A DNA stretch of 63,604 nt, filler included, from Choristocarpus tenellus KU-1152 (GCA_964200185.2; 8 parts of 8 records of this genome joined end to end with filler, not necessarily neighbours in it); one strand, 5' to 3'. Positions 51,101 to 63,420 are shown, counted from the whole stretch's first letter. Program-made: numbers and translations. The notes: generated by a model from the letters alone, not told the origin.

Positions 51101-53246
51101 ATGCTTGTATCTCATGTATCAATGTAGTTTTTGAATTAGAATGACATCTTCGAAACCCTTTGTTCCTACAACTGGCTACCAGAGTAAATTGTAGCCAAAA
51201 AAGACAAGACCTAGAGTATACCATATCATACATAGTAGGCTTCACCATTGGTTGCTGATTCCTTTCCGTACGTATGCGTAATACCTTGAAGCATTTATGG
51301 AAGCAAGATTAGGCACCTTACGTAATCAACAACCTGATTTTCCAATGCAAATCCTTTTTCTGTTTCCATTTGAATAACTTTGAAAATGGTCTTGATAAAT
51401 CATGCGCTCACTCTTCAGGGGAAAACCTCCTAAGAAAAAGAGATATACCCATATACACACAACTATTGGCCAAAGACGCATCGGCTTGCTTATGGTGCAG
51501 CAAGACAAACGAAAACAACTGTCCCTGGATGGTGTGAAAACCTTGGCACCTATTTCACTGGTCATCAAAAGTGGCAAGTGGGGCCAGACCAAATATAACC
51601 AGTATATTTTACAGATCTTGTCTAGGTCAAGGTTGAACCCAGTGTATTTCTGCGGTGTCATAGGTCACAGCGGGAAATAACTTGGTGAACAAGGATAAGA
51701 CTGAGCACAGGCGAGGCATCAGGGGGATGGCTTGACTACATCTATTTAGATATTGACTCAATTTTATACACAGGGGTTGGTGAAAACATAAATGATCATG
51801 CTGAATTAGTACCACACAAATCTTGGTCAAATCTGTGACAGGATGGAAGTAGCAACACTAACCTGTTTCAGGAATGTTTTTAAAAGATGAGCAATCTTTA
51901 TAGTATGTGAGCAAAAGGATGTGTGCTGTGCAAAGAAAAAACTTGCAAAAAGAGCACAAGTTGAGATGCAAGTCATTATTGTGAAAAAGACATCAGTTGG
52001 CGACTGTGTTGGTTACTCAGGAGCACCCATACATACATGAGCTCACTCTATTGTAGAGCACAGTTTTGCCCAGGGACAAGAGGTTGGATGTCCCTAACCT
52101 TTGATCTACATTTCCGCAATTGTCCAGATTTAATTTGTAATTTGAACCAATAAAGTGCCTACATTTTCATACAGGGTCTTACAGTTAGTTTTACAATGAA
52201 AAATATCAATGTTCCACACCCATTACTATCTGTTGAAGACTAGCAACAGCATTGGTCTTCATCCACACTCCATTACTCTGGGACACTAAGTGATTGTCAA
52301 ACGTCCTAACATTCCATCAAAAATTTCAAGAATAGACAATGACTGCATCCTCTCAAGACAAAAATAACAGAATAAAATAACTTCTCACCAAGAGGCATTG
52401 CAGCAGTGATTGTGCCTTCTGATTGTGAGTGGGTTTCGTGGTAGCTTTTCCACCTGAATCCAAGCTGCCCAAAAGCCCCCTGCAAAAAAACTGCCACATT
52501 TTTTAATGTCATCTTAAATCCTGCACAATTCTTCCCCTCACCCATCCATCTCCTACTAATTGCTAGACTTGGTGAAGTAAGTGAGAACAGTCAATCAAGA
52601 CAGCATGAAAGAGGAAGTAAACACATTTCTCTTGAGGTCACATTGTATTTGTTGCACTGCTGTTGCTGGCATGACCCACACTATGTAGCTTTCCATTCAG
52701 TGCTGAAAATGGTTAATTTTATGCAAAAATCACAGCCTTCTTTACTACTCATTACCTTGTGTTGCCAGAACTATTTCTGGACTTCAGTGTTTGTGTACCA
52801 TTAGCGTACAAGCTTTGCTTCCTTTTGACATTCATTTCTACAATATATGGCTCAAGCAGATGCATGAATTTGTGCTCTCTCTCAAACAACTAATATTTTC
52901 TCTTAACGCTCTACATAATGTCTACACAGGAACAAGACAGCAGGGGGGCAAAACAGTACACGCCTAATTTGCACATGTAAGAGCCCTAACTGTGTGACGC
53001 ATCAACTCTCTACCAAAACTGAGTACTTCAAACAGAATATGTATAATATTCACCTCCCAAACTGCAAACAAGATGAAATTAGGGGCGTGGGTAACTCAAA
53101 CTACTTCTCTAGCAATAGTGATACCAAGGGGCATCTCCTATAGAGCAAAACATAGAAGAGGGTGCTATGTTTCGAGCTAGGTCCAAAGTGCCTTTGACAA
53201 CCTGCGAAAAAATCGTTTTCGACACCCTTCACAAATACCTCCTATA

Positions 53247-53840
53247 TCAACTCCAAAGTCTACTAAACGAGATGAGGTCTTCATCATAGTAATCATATGC
53301 TGAGCTGCATTCATCACTAACTTTGGGTAGCCTCAGATAGTAGTCGTACGATGGGCAGAATGCCTTTTGATTATTTACTCTCGGATGAAAACCACAATTG
53401 CCCGTTCGCCCATATCCTTTCTCCCTAGCTTCGTCCCAGTTCGCATCCTCCTCAAGACACGCTTGGCAGCCGCAACCCAGGATAACCTTCCCACGTGCCA
53501 GTTCTCGGGGGCAACTGCCAGGCTGACAAAGATGCCGGAACCATGTTTCCTTGAAATTATTTACATCGCGATGGCTCCACCACAACGCCCTCTTGGCATT
53601 GGCGCCAAGATCATTCTTATTGCCCACTATTACAACCGATACCCTGGACTTGAAAGTTACGGACTTGGAGAGAGATGGTATGTGCTCGAAAGAATTGCAC
53701 GAGTTGTGTTCGGAATTATCTCGCAAGCAGTTGTCTTCTGCACACTTTCCCTCGCCTATCATTGGTGCTGATGTCGCTGCCGGTGGCGAGTAGCGTCGAC
53801 GGTTCTTGACTCGTCGCCACAACTGCTTCTTCGACAACAT
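53247..53840 (-). CDS. Intronless 197-aa protein with a KSVTF..RVSVV...LWW...F pattern (RVxF-like, possible PP1 docking motif)
   Basis: Clean ATG-to-stop ORF. The VxFxxxVxV...LWW...F pattern resembles, from recall, uncharacterised ochrophyte proteins. Confidence 0.65.
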   Translation of the reverse strand: MLSKKQLWRRVKNRRRYSPPAATSAPMIGEGKCAEDNCLRDNSEHNSCNSFEHIPSLSKSVTFKSRVSVVIVGNKNDLGANAKRALWWSHRDVNNFKETWFRHLCQPGSCPRELARGKVILGCGCQACLEEDANWDEAREKGYGRTGNCGFHPRVNNQKAFCPSYDYYLRLPKVSDECSSAYDYYDEDLISFSRLWS

Positions 53841-55249
53841 ACCCGCTGTCTTAGCTGGTTAGGAAGACAAGGGGATAAAGGAACAGTCATGTTTAAGGCA
53901 GCAGTCCAAGTACCTAGAAATGTAAGGATTCCCAGGTTTCAAATTCGTTATTTGGCAAGGTTAAAATGATTGACACTGGCAGTCAAGACTACCAGACATA
54001 GTGGTGCGAAGAGTACTGTGGTATCGGGCAATGGTCTGGAGACGCAGACAGGCCATATGGCCAAGTGAAGGCAGCTCGGGGTTTAAGGTCTTCCGATGGA
54101 GGGGGGGTGGGGTTTGGGGTTCCTGGTTCATGAAATTAAAGCCAGAAATGCGAGACGGGAGAGGGTAAATCAACCCGAGGCTTACCAACTGATGTGGTGC
54201 TGCACGATGATCCTTCACCGTTAGTGCAGAACTATTGTTTGGTCCGTGTCCATACAATAATTGTTTCTACCTTTGAGATATCAGTGAGCGGTTTTGAACG
54301 GACACACTCCTGATTTTCCCTCTTCACACTATTTTTTTGTTGCTTACAACATAGAACTCTGCAACAGCAAATGAAAACAAATAATTCGGACTTGTGATAT
54401 TTTGGAGTATCTTCATTACTACTATTAGAGAGTAGAGGTAGATGAGACGAAAAAGTGTTGGGGAGGGAAATAGGGACATACATCTCTACCCCTCTCTAGA
54501 AAGTGATGACTACCACCCATCGCCCCCGCTTCCTGGAGATGAGACTCTCGGGGACTACCTTCTTCAGAAGGGAAGGATCACCACAATTTTGGGAGGAATT
54601 GGCAACACTAGACACCCTCAAGAGGAAACAAGTAAACAGCCCAGTGCCAACACCCTCCCTATAGGTATTGCAGGGATTCGTCGACCTGCTTCCCCCACTG
54701 GAGAACTGAACCCTTGAACCCCCCACCTCCTGCCCCGAGACACCCTGGACCATTGCCCTGTCCGCATTTCCCCTGTTTCCGACCCTGTCTTACCTTTCCC
54801 CTGTAGACACCCATCTTGACCTAGACTGTACCTCTGGCCTCTTCCTCCGTTCACATCCCCCAAATATTATCCCATGCCCCGAATAAGGAGTCCAGACATC
54901 CCCCTTCTCCTTCTATGAGTCCCTGGAGAACACCACCCAACCCCAGGAATCCATTTTTTCCCTATGTTCCCAATACTCCACCCCTTGCCATCACACCACC
55001 ATTCTCCAACTAGATATCCCCAACTCACCAGACCTCGCTCCCATTTTCGAACCAGACATCCCCGACTCACCAGACCTCGCTCCCAGGTGGACTCCCCACC
55101 CCCTCCCCACCATACCCCCATTCCCTGGGCGATCATTGCCTCTACTGTCTGTTTGACCACCCACAGGGGTCAGTCCATTACAGCATTGCAACTCTATACG
55201 TACCATTTTCCATTGATGCTGTCAATTTTTTCCAGGAGATTTCCCTTCT

Positions 55250-57200
55250 TTGCCCCGCCCACCTGAATGGAAACATCATTTTTTTGTCTTTCGCCAAGGT
55301 CTATTGGGAACTAGCAGCCGTACACCAGATGTTGATGCGATCACCTCCAGATGCTCCTTTCATCCCGACGAGTCTGCCTACATATTTCTGGAGAGAGAAC
55401 CAGGACTACATCCTGGACATCTACTCTGTAGGCATCTCAGCTCTTTGCGAGTGGATAGTACATGCCTGCTCCGCCCTCCTGACTGGTCTCCCCACCGCCC
55501 TCCCCTCTCCTCTCTCCTCCCTTCCCATAACCAGGAGACCCCCGTTTCCCTCCCTACTGCCTCCTCTCTTCCTCCCACTCCTCCTCTTCACACCTTCAAA
55601 CCGTTCTCCACCAAATTCCCCGCTTTCCTCACCCATCCCCACTCCTTCCACCCCACTTCCTACCAACTCAGTCATCACATTTACCTCCCCCCCAACCAGG
55701 TCCACCATAGCTACCCCTACCTTTCACACACGCCAACGCTACTCCACCTTCAATACCCAACCCCATCACACTCCCCACCTACTGCGGCCACAGTCACCAG
55801 GCAGGAGATGACTCCCTTGTCACAATACTCTGCCCAGGTCCCCTTTACACCCCCAGTGCCGCAGTCACCCACGTTACATCTGAAATATTATTGGTTCCTG
55901 GGGGAGACCCCACCTTCCCCTGCTACTCACGGGTCGCATTATTTTCCTTTGTTTAACCACACTGGCCGACGCCTCCCTCACTACCCCTATCTTGTCCCGC
56001 CTTAGGCAGTACCATAGCACTCCTGTTCACCCGCACATCCCCTCACATTTATAGGGCCTGCTACAATGGGGAGGGAGAGGTCTGGGGAGATACGCCAACT
56101 GAGGACGGTGGGGGTGACAAGGATAGCAAAATCCACCCACAATGGGGGTCGTCAGGGGGGGGCAGTGATGACACTGGGCCCCAAGGCTTTTTAAAGGTTG
56201 AGATAATGGATGCACAGACCCATCCCCCCTGCCTCCCTCGAGCAGACCTGGATCCTCTCCCCCACAGGCCTGCTACCAGTGGGATAGTAGGAACTGTGGA
56301 CAACGTGCAGATGGATGACCTAAGCTGCCTGAACTTTGACAATGTCAAGGCCATTCCCAACAGGCATCACGTGGCACACGCCAACATTCTAATGCACGCA
56401 CGTGGCTTTCTCCTGAATGAAGACAGTGTCCCTACCCTTGAGGGGGGCACAACTTCCCCTGGGCCTGCCAAGGCCTCCAAACACCTGGGCGTCAATTCCA
56501 GCTTCCTAAGTGCCTTAAGAGGGTACGAATTTTGCTCTGTTTGTCCGTTTGGGGCTTGGCTTCCCACGTTTTTTTTAAAGATATTTTCATACTCAGAACT
56601 GTTTCGGAGTAGAGATAAAATCTATACATTATGAAAAGTTGTGTCCAGAACAAGTATATTGACACTTCCTAACATATTTGATAGCCAAAATTACATCAAA
56701 ATCGCCACATCGGATTTTGGCCCCCAAATAGACACGTTTCTACCCTCTAAGCTACTTTGACTCCTATAGTCCAACAATGGTACATTTCTAGGGCAGAGCA
56801 ATTCGCCAGGATGGTCATAGGGGCATCGAGGACCTATCTATGGGGCTCCTCGAGCGAGCACAAAGCGTAAATTGACTCCGGGAACCCAGAGGAGATGGCC
56901 ATGCCTCCAGACAGCAGCAAGGAGTTACCCTTGGTCAACACCGTGGGAACATGTCCAAGGCAGCAGGGGTCCTCCTAGGCTAACAACGCTTTCCAGGAAC
57001 TAAGGCCATGTTTGGACCTATAATATCTTAGAGGGTTGGGGGGTTAGCTCAGGTCGTCCATTCAGGGCTTGTGTTACTGCATGCTCCAAAGCTTACCTCC
57101 ACGGGATATATAGCTCCAATCCACAGGTCTATAGATGGCGCTGATTGCCTGTACAGGACCCTGGGATACTCCGACAGTCAAAAGGTCCTACGAGAATGGT
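55250..57200 (+). mobile_element. Possible decayed non-LTR (CRE-like) retroelement, interrupted by a MITE
   Basis: Pro-rich frames, then VKAIPNRHHVAHANIL and GNMSKAAGVLL (cf. G.lSkA...L, upstream of RT). Confidence 0.3.
56505..56763 (+). mobile_element. MITE family A copy inserted in a retroelement remnant
   Basis: AGAGGGTACGAATTTTG...TACCCTCTAAGCTACTTTGACTC. Confidence 0.85.
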
Positions 57201-58689
57201 GAATGTCAGGTCAGCAGATGAAGGTATACTCTTAATCAATGGGAATGTACGCCAAATAGAGAGAAGAGTGAAACTGGGCTGCTTTCATCCATCAATCTAC
57301 TGATTTGAGTTTACAGGCGCCATCATACATATGAAAAACTTTGCTTTTATTTTATGTTATAGATCTTACTCTCTAACTTTAGCAAATCGGAGTTCCCCCT
57401 TTTGGGGTTCCATATGCGCGTACACTGCTCGAACTGGTTAGAGCGCGAGAAGAAATGCTTCCGCCATTCGCCTGTAACCCTTGATGGAGTGTTGTGAAAT
57501 ACCCCAATTTGACGGCCGTTTTTGAATGATTTCCATCGATTTTCGTCCAGGCACGAGAATGGAAAAGGAAGGTGCATCCAGATGAAACAAACTATGCACA
57601 CATCTGATACGTTGACTGGAATGATATGAAAATATCAAAGGATCAAAGTTCCCAGGTCGACGCCATACCCCCCCCCCTAGGATACTAGGGGCCTTTGGGT
57701 GATGGTCGTAAAACACCCGTCTGAAACCCCTACGCCCTCAGGCAGGGGATTACCCCTCTGCAACTACCAGACCCAACCGTGCAACAGGCGGACAATACTA
57801 CTCTATGAGACCTAAAGAAGAAAACGGAAGTTGTTGATTTGTGAGTATATGGTTTTTTCCAAGGAGGGTATACTAGTTCGTCTCTGTGCTTGGAAAGACA
57901 TAAAAGTTGCAGGCCCATATCCGATCAGCACGGGCGGCCAAGGTCTCTCTTCTGTGATCCACTGTCTACATCCTGCTTGGGTAGGCTCGTTAGCAGCCTT
58001 CAACCCCTCCCTCCTTGCACGCCAACGAGCGTCACTGGCGAGGAATTTACTGCTGCCATCTGCTCCAGTCCGACAATCTTGAACCTTGTAGCTCTCATCT
58101 CATCCATCATCTCTGCTAAGGTCCCTGCACAGGAGCTGGCCACGGTCATTGGCAGGGATGGGTGAATTGGTCGGACACTTCCCTTCCGCAACTCTAGAAG
58201 TTCACATGCTGGCTGGATGTGACATAGGATGGACGCTCAGAAGGACTCAGTACGAGATTTCCGACCTACTGAATCAAGTCTGCTTTGACTCTTTCCAATC
58301 TAACCAGACAAATATCCCCGAGACCCCAGACCTGGATGGAATCTTCTGCATTGTCTATAGACTGGCACAGGAGTCAATACCGACAAGGGGCCAACCCTTG
58401 GGACTCCAACTAACCCATCTAGCCAGCTAGATGGACACATCACCACGGAATTTTCCCCACGGTGAACTCTCAAATGGCTGCCTAGTGGATAATATAGGTG
58501 TGTCAAGAAGTCATGGAAAGACAAAAGAAGAAGCGACGCTTGGTGCTCAGGAAAAGCTATCGATTTCAAGTCACTGTATTGGAGGATACATTCTGAAGAT
58601 GGGAAATGGGAGGAATTCAACAGGACAGAAATGACTCGCATCTCCTGAGGGCAACAAATGTACACTTGGAAGTTAATGTATGACAAGAG

Positions 58690-59475
58690 AAGAGATCGGA
58701 ACTGGGAACCCACTATTTGCAGGCAAAGTCAGAAATGTATAGTTTGTAACGTTAAGCCACACCTTCAACAGGAATAAGTGTATACTCCGATTAGGCTAAA
58801 TACAATCTGACTGTGACTGAATCCTGTGACTTATAGAAGGAACAATCTCAAAGGAGGCAAAGATACACATTGATCACACTTGTGACTGGAAAGATCGGAA
58901 CTGGGGACCCACTATTTGTAGGCAAAGTTAGAAAAGTATTCTTCGTAACTTTTGAAGGTGTGGTTCAGAAGGAACAAGTGTGTACTCAGATTAGGCCAGA
59001 TGAGAACTGCCTATGATTAAGTCCTGTCACTTCTGGGATGGAGACTCCCAAAGGAAACAAGGGATATAAACTAATCACAGTTATGATTGGGAATATCGTA
59101 ACGGGGGACCCACTATTTATTGGCCAAGTTGGAGATGTGTGCTTTGTAACTATTGCACCAGACCCTCAGAAGGAACAAGTGTGTATTCCTCGATTAGGCC
59201 AGACGCAAAGAGACTATAAATGCATCCTGTGACTTTTTGGGACGGGCACTCCCGAATGAAACAAGGATATACATTAACCACAGTTGTGATTGGGAAGATT
59301 GGAACTGGGGCCCCATGATTTGTAGGCGAATCCCGAGATGAATGCTTAGCAACTTTTAAACCTGGCCTCCAAACGGAACAAGTGTATACTTAGATTAGGT
59401 CAGACGCGAACTTTTTGTGATTGTATCCTGTGACCTTTGGGATGGACACTCCCAAAGGAAACAAGGAGATACCTC
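58690..59475 (+). repeat. Diverged ~200-bp tandem array, about 4 units
   Basis: Unit anchors at 58694, 58893, 59094 and 59297. Conserved GGG.ACCCACTATTTG, GGAACAAGTGT, GATTAGG, CCTGTGAC and CCCAAAGGAAACAAG. Confidence 0.92.
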
Positions 59476-59478
59476 GGT

Positions 59479-59729
59479 GAGTCAAAGCATTTAAGAGGGT
59501 AGGGTCATGTCCGTTCGGGGTCATAAATCCAATGTTACGTTCTTGATGAATTTTGGCAATTGTGTTTGTTAGGAAGTGTCAATATCCTTGCTCCGGACAC
59601 ACCATTCATAGTTGCATATATTTTAGGTAAATGTGTTCACACAGAAAACCGAAAAAGGGCAAAAAATGTCGTCGGAAGCCAAGCCCCGAACAGACAAACA
59701 GGGCAACACCCTCTTAAATGTTTTGGCTC
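59479..59729 (-). mobile_element. MITE subfamily A2 copy, reverse orientation
   Basis: GAGTCAAAGCATTTAAGAGGGT...ACCCTCTTAAATGTTTTGGCTC; flanks GGT/GAT. Confidence 0.88.
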
Positions 59730-60155
59730 GATCATTGTTAAAAGCTCTAGGAAATTTGGAACTGGAGTTCTGGTGAAACCTGTTTGGAGCCGAATTCTTT
59801 TTGGAACTGTTGGATTTACCATCCAAGGGCAACAAAATCATGCTGCTACACAACGATTGGGGTGATATATGATGTATTTTGTCCAAGCCTATGACAATCG
59901 CCGGTGGTAAGCATGAAATATGTATACATGTTTCACGCTGAGGGGCATGTAACAGGTGATTAGCAACCTCTCGACCTCGCTTGACGGCTCGGTTCATTAC
60001 GGTCTATGCATTTGTCAAAAAGTTTACTGGTTATAAAACACCACCCTATTTTACTGTTATTGTGATTTTTGAGTCTGTAGTCAGTCATTTGTGTTTATAG
60101 ATGTGAAGGGGGAGAGTCTTGCTATGACACTCCCTATGTTTATGTTGTTGAGAGA

Positions 60156-60338
60156 GGTTCAAAGTATCTGGGGGAGGGTGGCGGCTGCCCATCTGGGGTC
60201 CATTTTTTCATGTCGCGATTTTTGGGTGCTTTGGTTGCATATGTCGGATGGATATAATATAAGTGCACCTTTCCTGGTTTTGGTCCAAATCGACACCCTC
60301 GTGTAGACAGCCCCCCCCCCCCACAGATACTTTGGGTC
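60156..60338 (+). mobile_element. MITE family B, complete, 183 bp
   Basis: GGTTCAAAGTATCTGGGGG...CACAGATACTTTGGGTC; flanks AGA/GGA. Confidence 0.88.
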
Positions 60339-60351
60339 GGATATTGTCTTT

Positions 60352-60608
60352 GAGTGAAAGTGTATCAGAGGACACGAATTTTGTCCTGTTTGTCCATTTG
60401 GGGCTTGGCTTCCCATGTTTTTTAGTAAGACATTATCCTACTCCAAAATGTTTAGGAGTACGTAAAATGTATACCTTATGAAAGGTGTGTCCGAAACAAA
60501 GATATTGACACTTCCTAACAAACACGAAAGTCAAATTACATCAAAATCGCAACATTGGATTTTGGTCCCCAAATGGATGCGGCTCTACCCTCTAAGATAC
60601 TTCGGCTC
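60352..60608 (+). mobile_element. MITE family A copy, flanked by TTT/TTT
   Basis: GAGTGAAAG...CTCTAAGATACTTCGGCTC; lies 13 bp from a family B copy. Confidence 0.88.
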
Positions 60609-62253
60609 TTTATTTGTTTATATCTTCATACTTCCTAGGGAGGGTAAGTCTTTCTACGGCAACACCCAATTTCTTATTGTCCTATAGTTGTTTGTGTTTA
60701 TAGCTCTGAAAGGAGAGAGTCTATGGGAGTGCTCTAATTCATTGTTTGTGTATTTTTCATCTATTTTTCTTTGTGTTTGATGGATTTGAAAGGGGGATAG
60801 TCCCTTTCTGACAGTACCCTATTTTGGCGCAAGTGTGAGCCTCTGATGTTGGAGATTTCTCTTGAACGTTGAATAAAATGCAGAGTGAGTGCTGTAAGGT
60901 GTGAGTGTCATGCTAGCATATCTGTCAATAGGTCAAACATTAGAAGGGGGTTTTCCCTCCAGGTTTCCTCTTCCACTAGATCCCAATGCTACCTACTATA
61001 TGTTAGGACCTGCACGTGACATTCATTTAATTCCTGCGACGTTCGTGATAGGATAAGGAGTGACATTTTATTTCCTTGTCCAATCGCCTGTTCTTGGCAA
61101 TGAATCACTTATTGTGGAAAGAAAAAGGACAATCGTAAAGTGTACCCTGTTTTGTGTATGTGAAATTATGGCATTGGATTTGAGTCCAAGTGATGTAACT
61201 AATGAGATAGTATTATTTATGGGGTTTGGTATTGTAATTTAAATTCTCTCACATAACGGTTGATGTACATCTGAGGCACAAAAAATAATACAAAAGCAAT
61301 AAGACACCCCACAAGGTCACTCCTTTTTTCAACCATGCAAACATATTCAGCAATGGGGAATCGTGTGAGCCTCCACAACTTCTTGTCTTCACTACTGATC
61401 AAATAGCAATACTTTCCAAGGTTAATTGCACAGTTATGCTTCGTGCTGGGGGGCATGTACCAGGCAATTTTTCTCAATGGCGTTTTCATAAACGACGTTA
61501 TGTCCTTGATGACCTAGATTTCATCTACTGTATTTATTATTTAGTCATTATGATGCCACGTACAGGTCGGAAATTATTGTTCAGTCCTTTTTTCCCCTGA
61601 AGATAAGGTAGTACCAGTAGGTTCGCCTTTTGTGGAAATCGTAGTTTTTTTCACGGGGTCACCACAACAGTTATACAACAAGGCATAGGTCACCTGTAAA
61701 CTTTCTAGTTCATATAATAGCTTGTGTCGCTGCTTATGCTATCAAAAANNNNNNNNNNTCATTTAAAACTACAAGATTTTGCTAATAAATCTATCCTCTT
61801 ATCCTAAACTCGCATTAAAAGGAGAATTAGTTGGTATTCACACAGTTATTCTCTCTGCAGACAATGTATATATCAAATAAACGGATATGACAATAGCTTC
61901 TGAATGTTTATATCCACCAATGCCCAGGCTTCGGGGGAACGGGAGCTATATCTCCATCAAATAATGGCAAAAATGCGGGGGAATATGTCCGGCGCAATTT
62001 TGAAGGTCACGACTTCAAAACGGAAAAAGTCGAAGTGTTTGGCTGAACTCCTTGCATGGTCCGGGGTAGGTCGTGACCCAAGTTTGGCGCGTGTGGAGAT
62101 ACGGAAAAAAAACTCAAAAGTTCCGGACATCATTTAGCGCCTTTTGCAGGCTTTTTTTGGGGCACACAAACGCTTGACTTACACAGCAGCATGAACCACG
62201 ACGGTGAGACAAGGAGAGCCGCCAAAAGGCCACTCTTCCCCCTGGAACTACTA

Positions 62254-62456
62254 CCCTGGTATCTGGGGGGGGGGGGTGGTTTGTGAGGGGGTGTCCGTTT
62301 TGGTCCGGACGAAGTGCTCAAAAATCATAGCAAATGCTGTCTTCTGTCGTGAAACGTCCGCGACCGAAGACAGCATTTGCTATGATTTTTGAGTAACTCG
62401 TCCGGCCAGAAACGGACGAATTATGGCAAACCACCACCCCCCAAGATACTTTGACC
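62254..62456. mobile_element. Foldback (palindromic) MITE, family C
   Basis: Whole element is an imperfect inverted repeat. Perfect 28-bp stem 62317-62344 / 62366-62393; right end AGATACTTTGACC is shared with families A and B. Confidence 0.85.
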
Positions 62457-62519
62457 AACTGACCATCGTAATATGATGTATTTTGGGCTAGAATGCATTC
62501 AGGATCTACGCTTGGTGCT

Positions 62520-63420
62520 TGTGAGGGTGTAGACTACATTCTTGTGGCTAAGGGAAGTTGTCGTTGGGTTCAAAGACTGTAGTGTGGGTGGTTGCCGCCG
62601 CTTGGTTTGATTGTGGAAGGCATGCCAAATGTTGTGGAAATCTCGACTTGTACTGAAGATGGTGGTGTGGAGTACAAGATTCTTTTGCGACAACGTATTA
62701 GTGGTAAGGTTTCTTGCTCTATGGTCGATCAGCGCAAAGGGGGTAGGAAAAAGGATTGGGGCATGGCAGCAAAAGTATTATAGAGGATAGTGGCAGAACG
62801 CACCAATAATGGAGACGAAATTTTGGTTGCCACCGGACCAATAAAAACATGTGTATGAGGACACAGGAACACAACCTCTTTGGGAATATAATAATTTCAA
62901 TATACGAGTGAAAGTACCTTAGAGGGTACGAATTTTGCCCTGTTTGTCCATGTAGGGCTTGGTTTCCCTTGGGGTTTTTATGACATTTTCCTACTACAAA
63001 ACATTTCAGAGTAGGTAAAATGTATACATTATGAATAGGCGTATTCGGAACAAGGATATTGATACTTCCTAACAAACATGATAGCCAAAATTACATCGAA
63101 ATCGTAACATCGGATTTTGGACCCCAAATGGACGCGACTCTACCCTCTAAGATACTTTGGCTCATACCAAATGCATAAGTCCATCGATTTAGAGAACGTC
63201 CGATCTCTCCATCATAGCATGTCTGTCGAGGCATGTGTCGGACTGGCGAAGTAGAAAGGGTGACTCACGAACAGTAATTGGCCTATGTTGCTCCTCGTCA
63301 GTACAGTGTGGGACTTCTCTGGAACCAGGCCCGTGTAGGAGCGTCTTGGTCAGTGCTGTAGTGTTGGAGACAAGGAGCTGCATTTTTCGCAAGTCGCCAT
63401 TCTCCCATTTGACCTCGTAG
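62520..63420 (+). mobile_element. Possible piggyBac-like transposase remnant, interrupted by a MITE
   Basis: VEGMPNVVEI...GGVEYKIL...SG and GMAAKVL*RIV resemble GMPHV.KI.RKP.GVG.E.K and GTA..LRL. Confidence 0.4.
62906..63163 (+). mobile_element. MITE family A, complete, 258 bp, flanked by ATAC/ATAC
   Basis: GAGTGAAAGTACCTTAGAGGGTA...TACCCTCTAAGATACTTTGGCTC. Confidence 0.92.

Noticed and set aside
51380-51850. Possible DDE_1 transposase remnant
   Set aside because: Only vague similarity; no catalytic motif.
59560-63075. Recurrent short ORFs starting MLGSV.IL.PD or MGSQAPNGQT (also at 19550, 23533, 56367)
   Set aside because: Chance frames within MITE copies; frames are not conserved.
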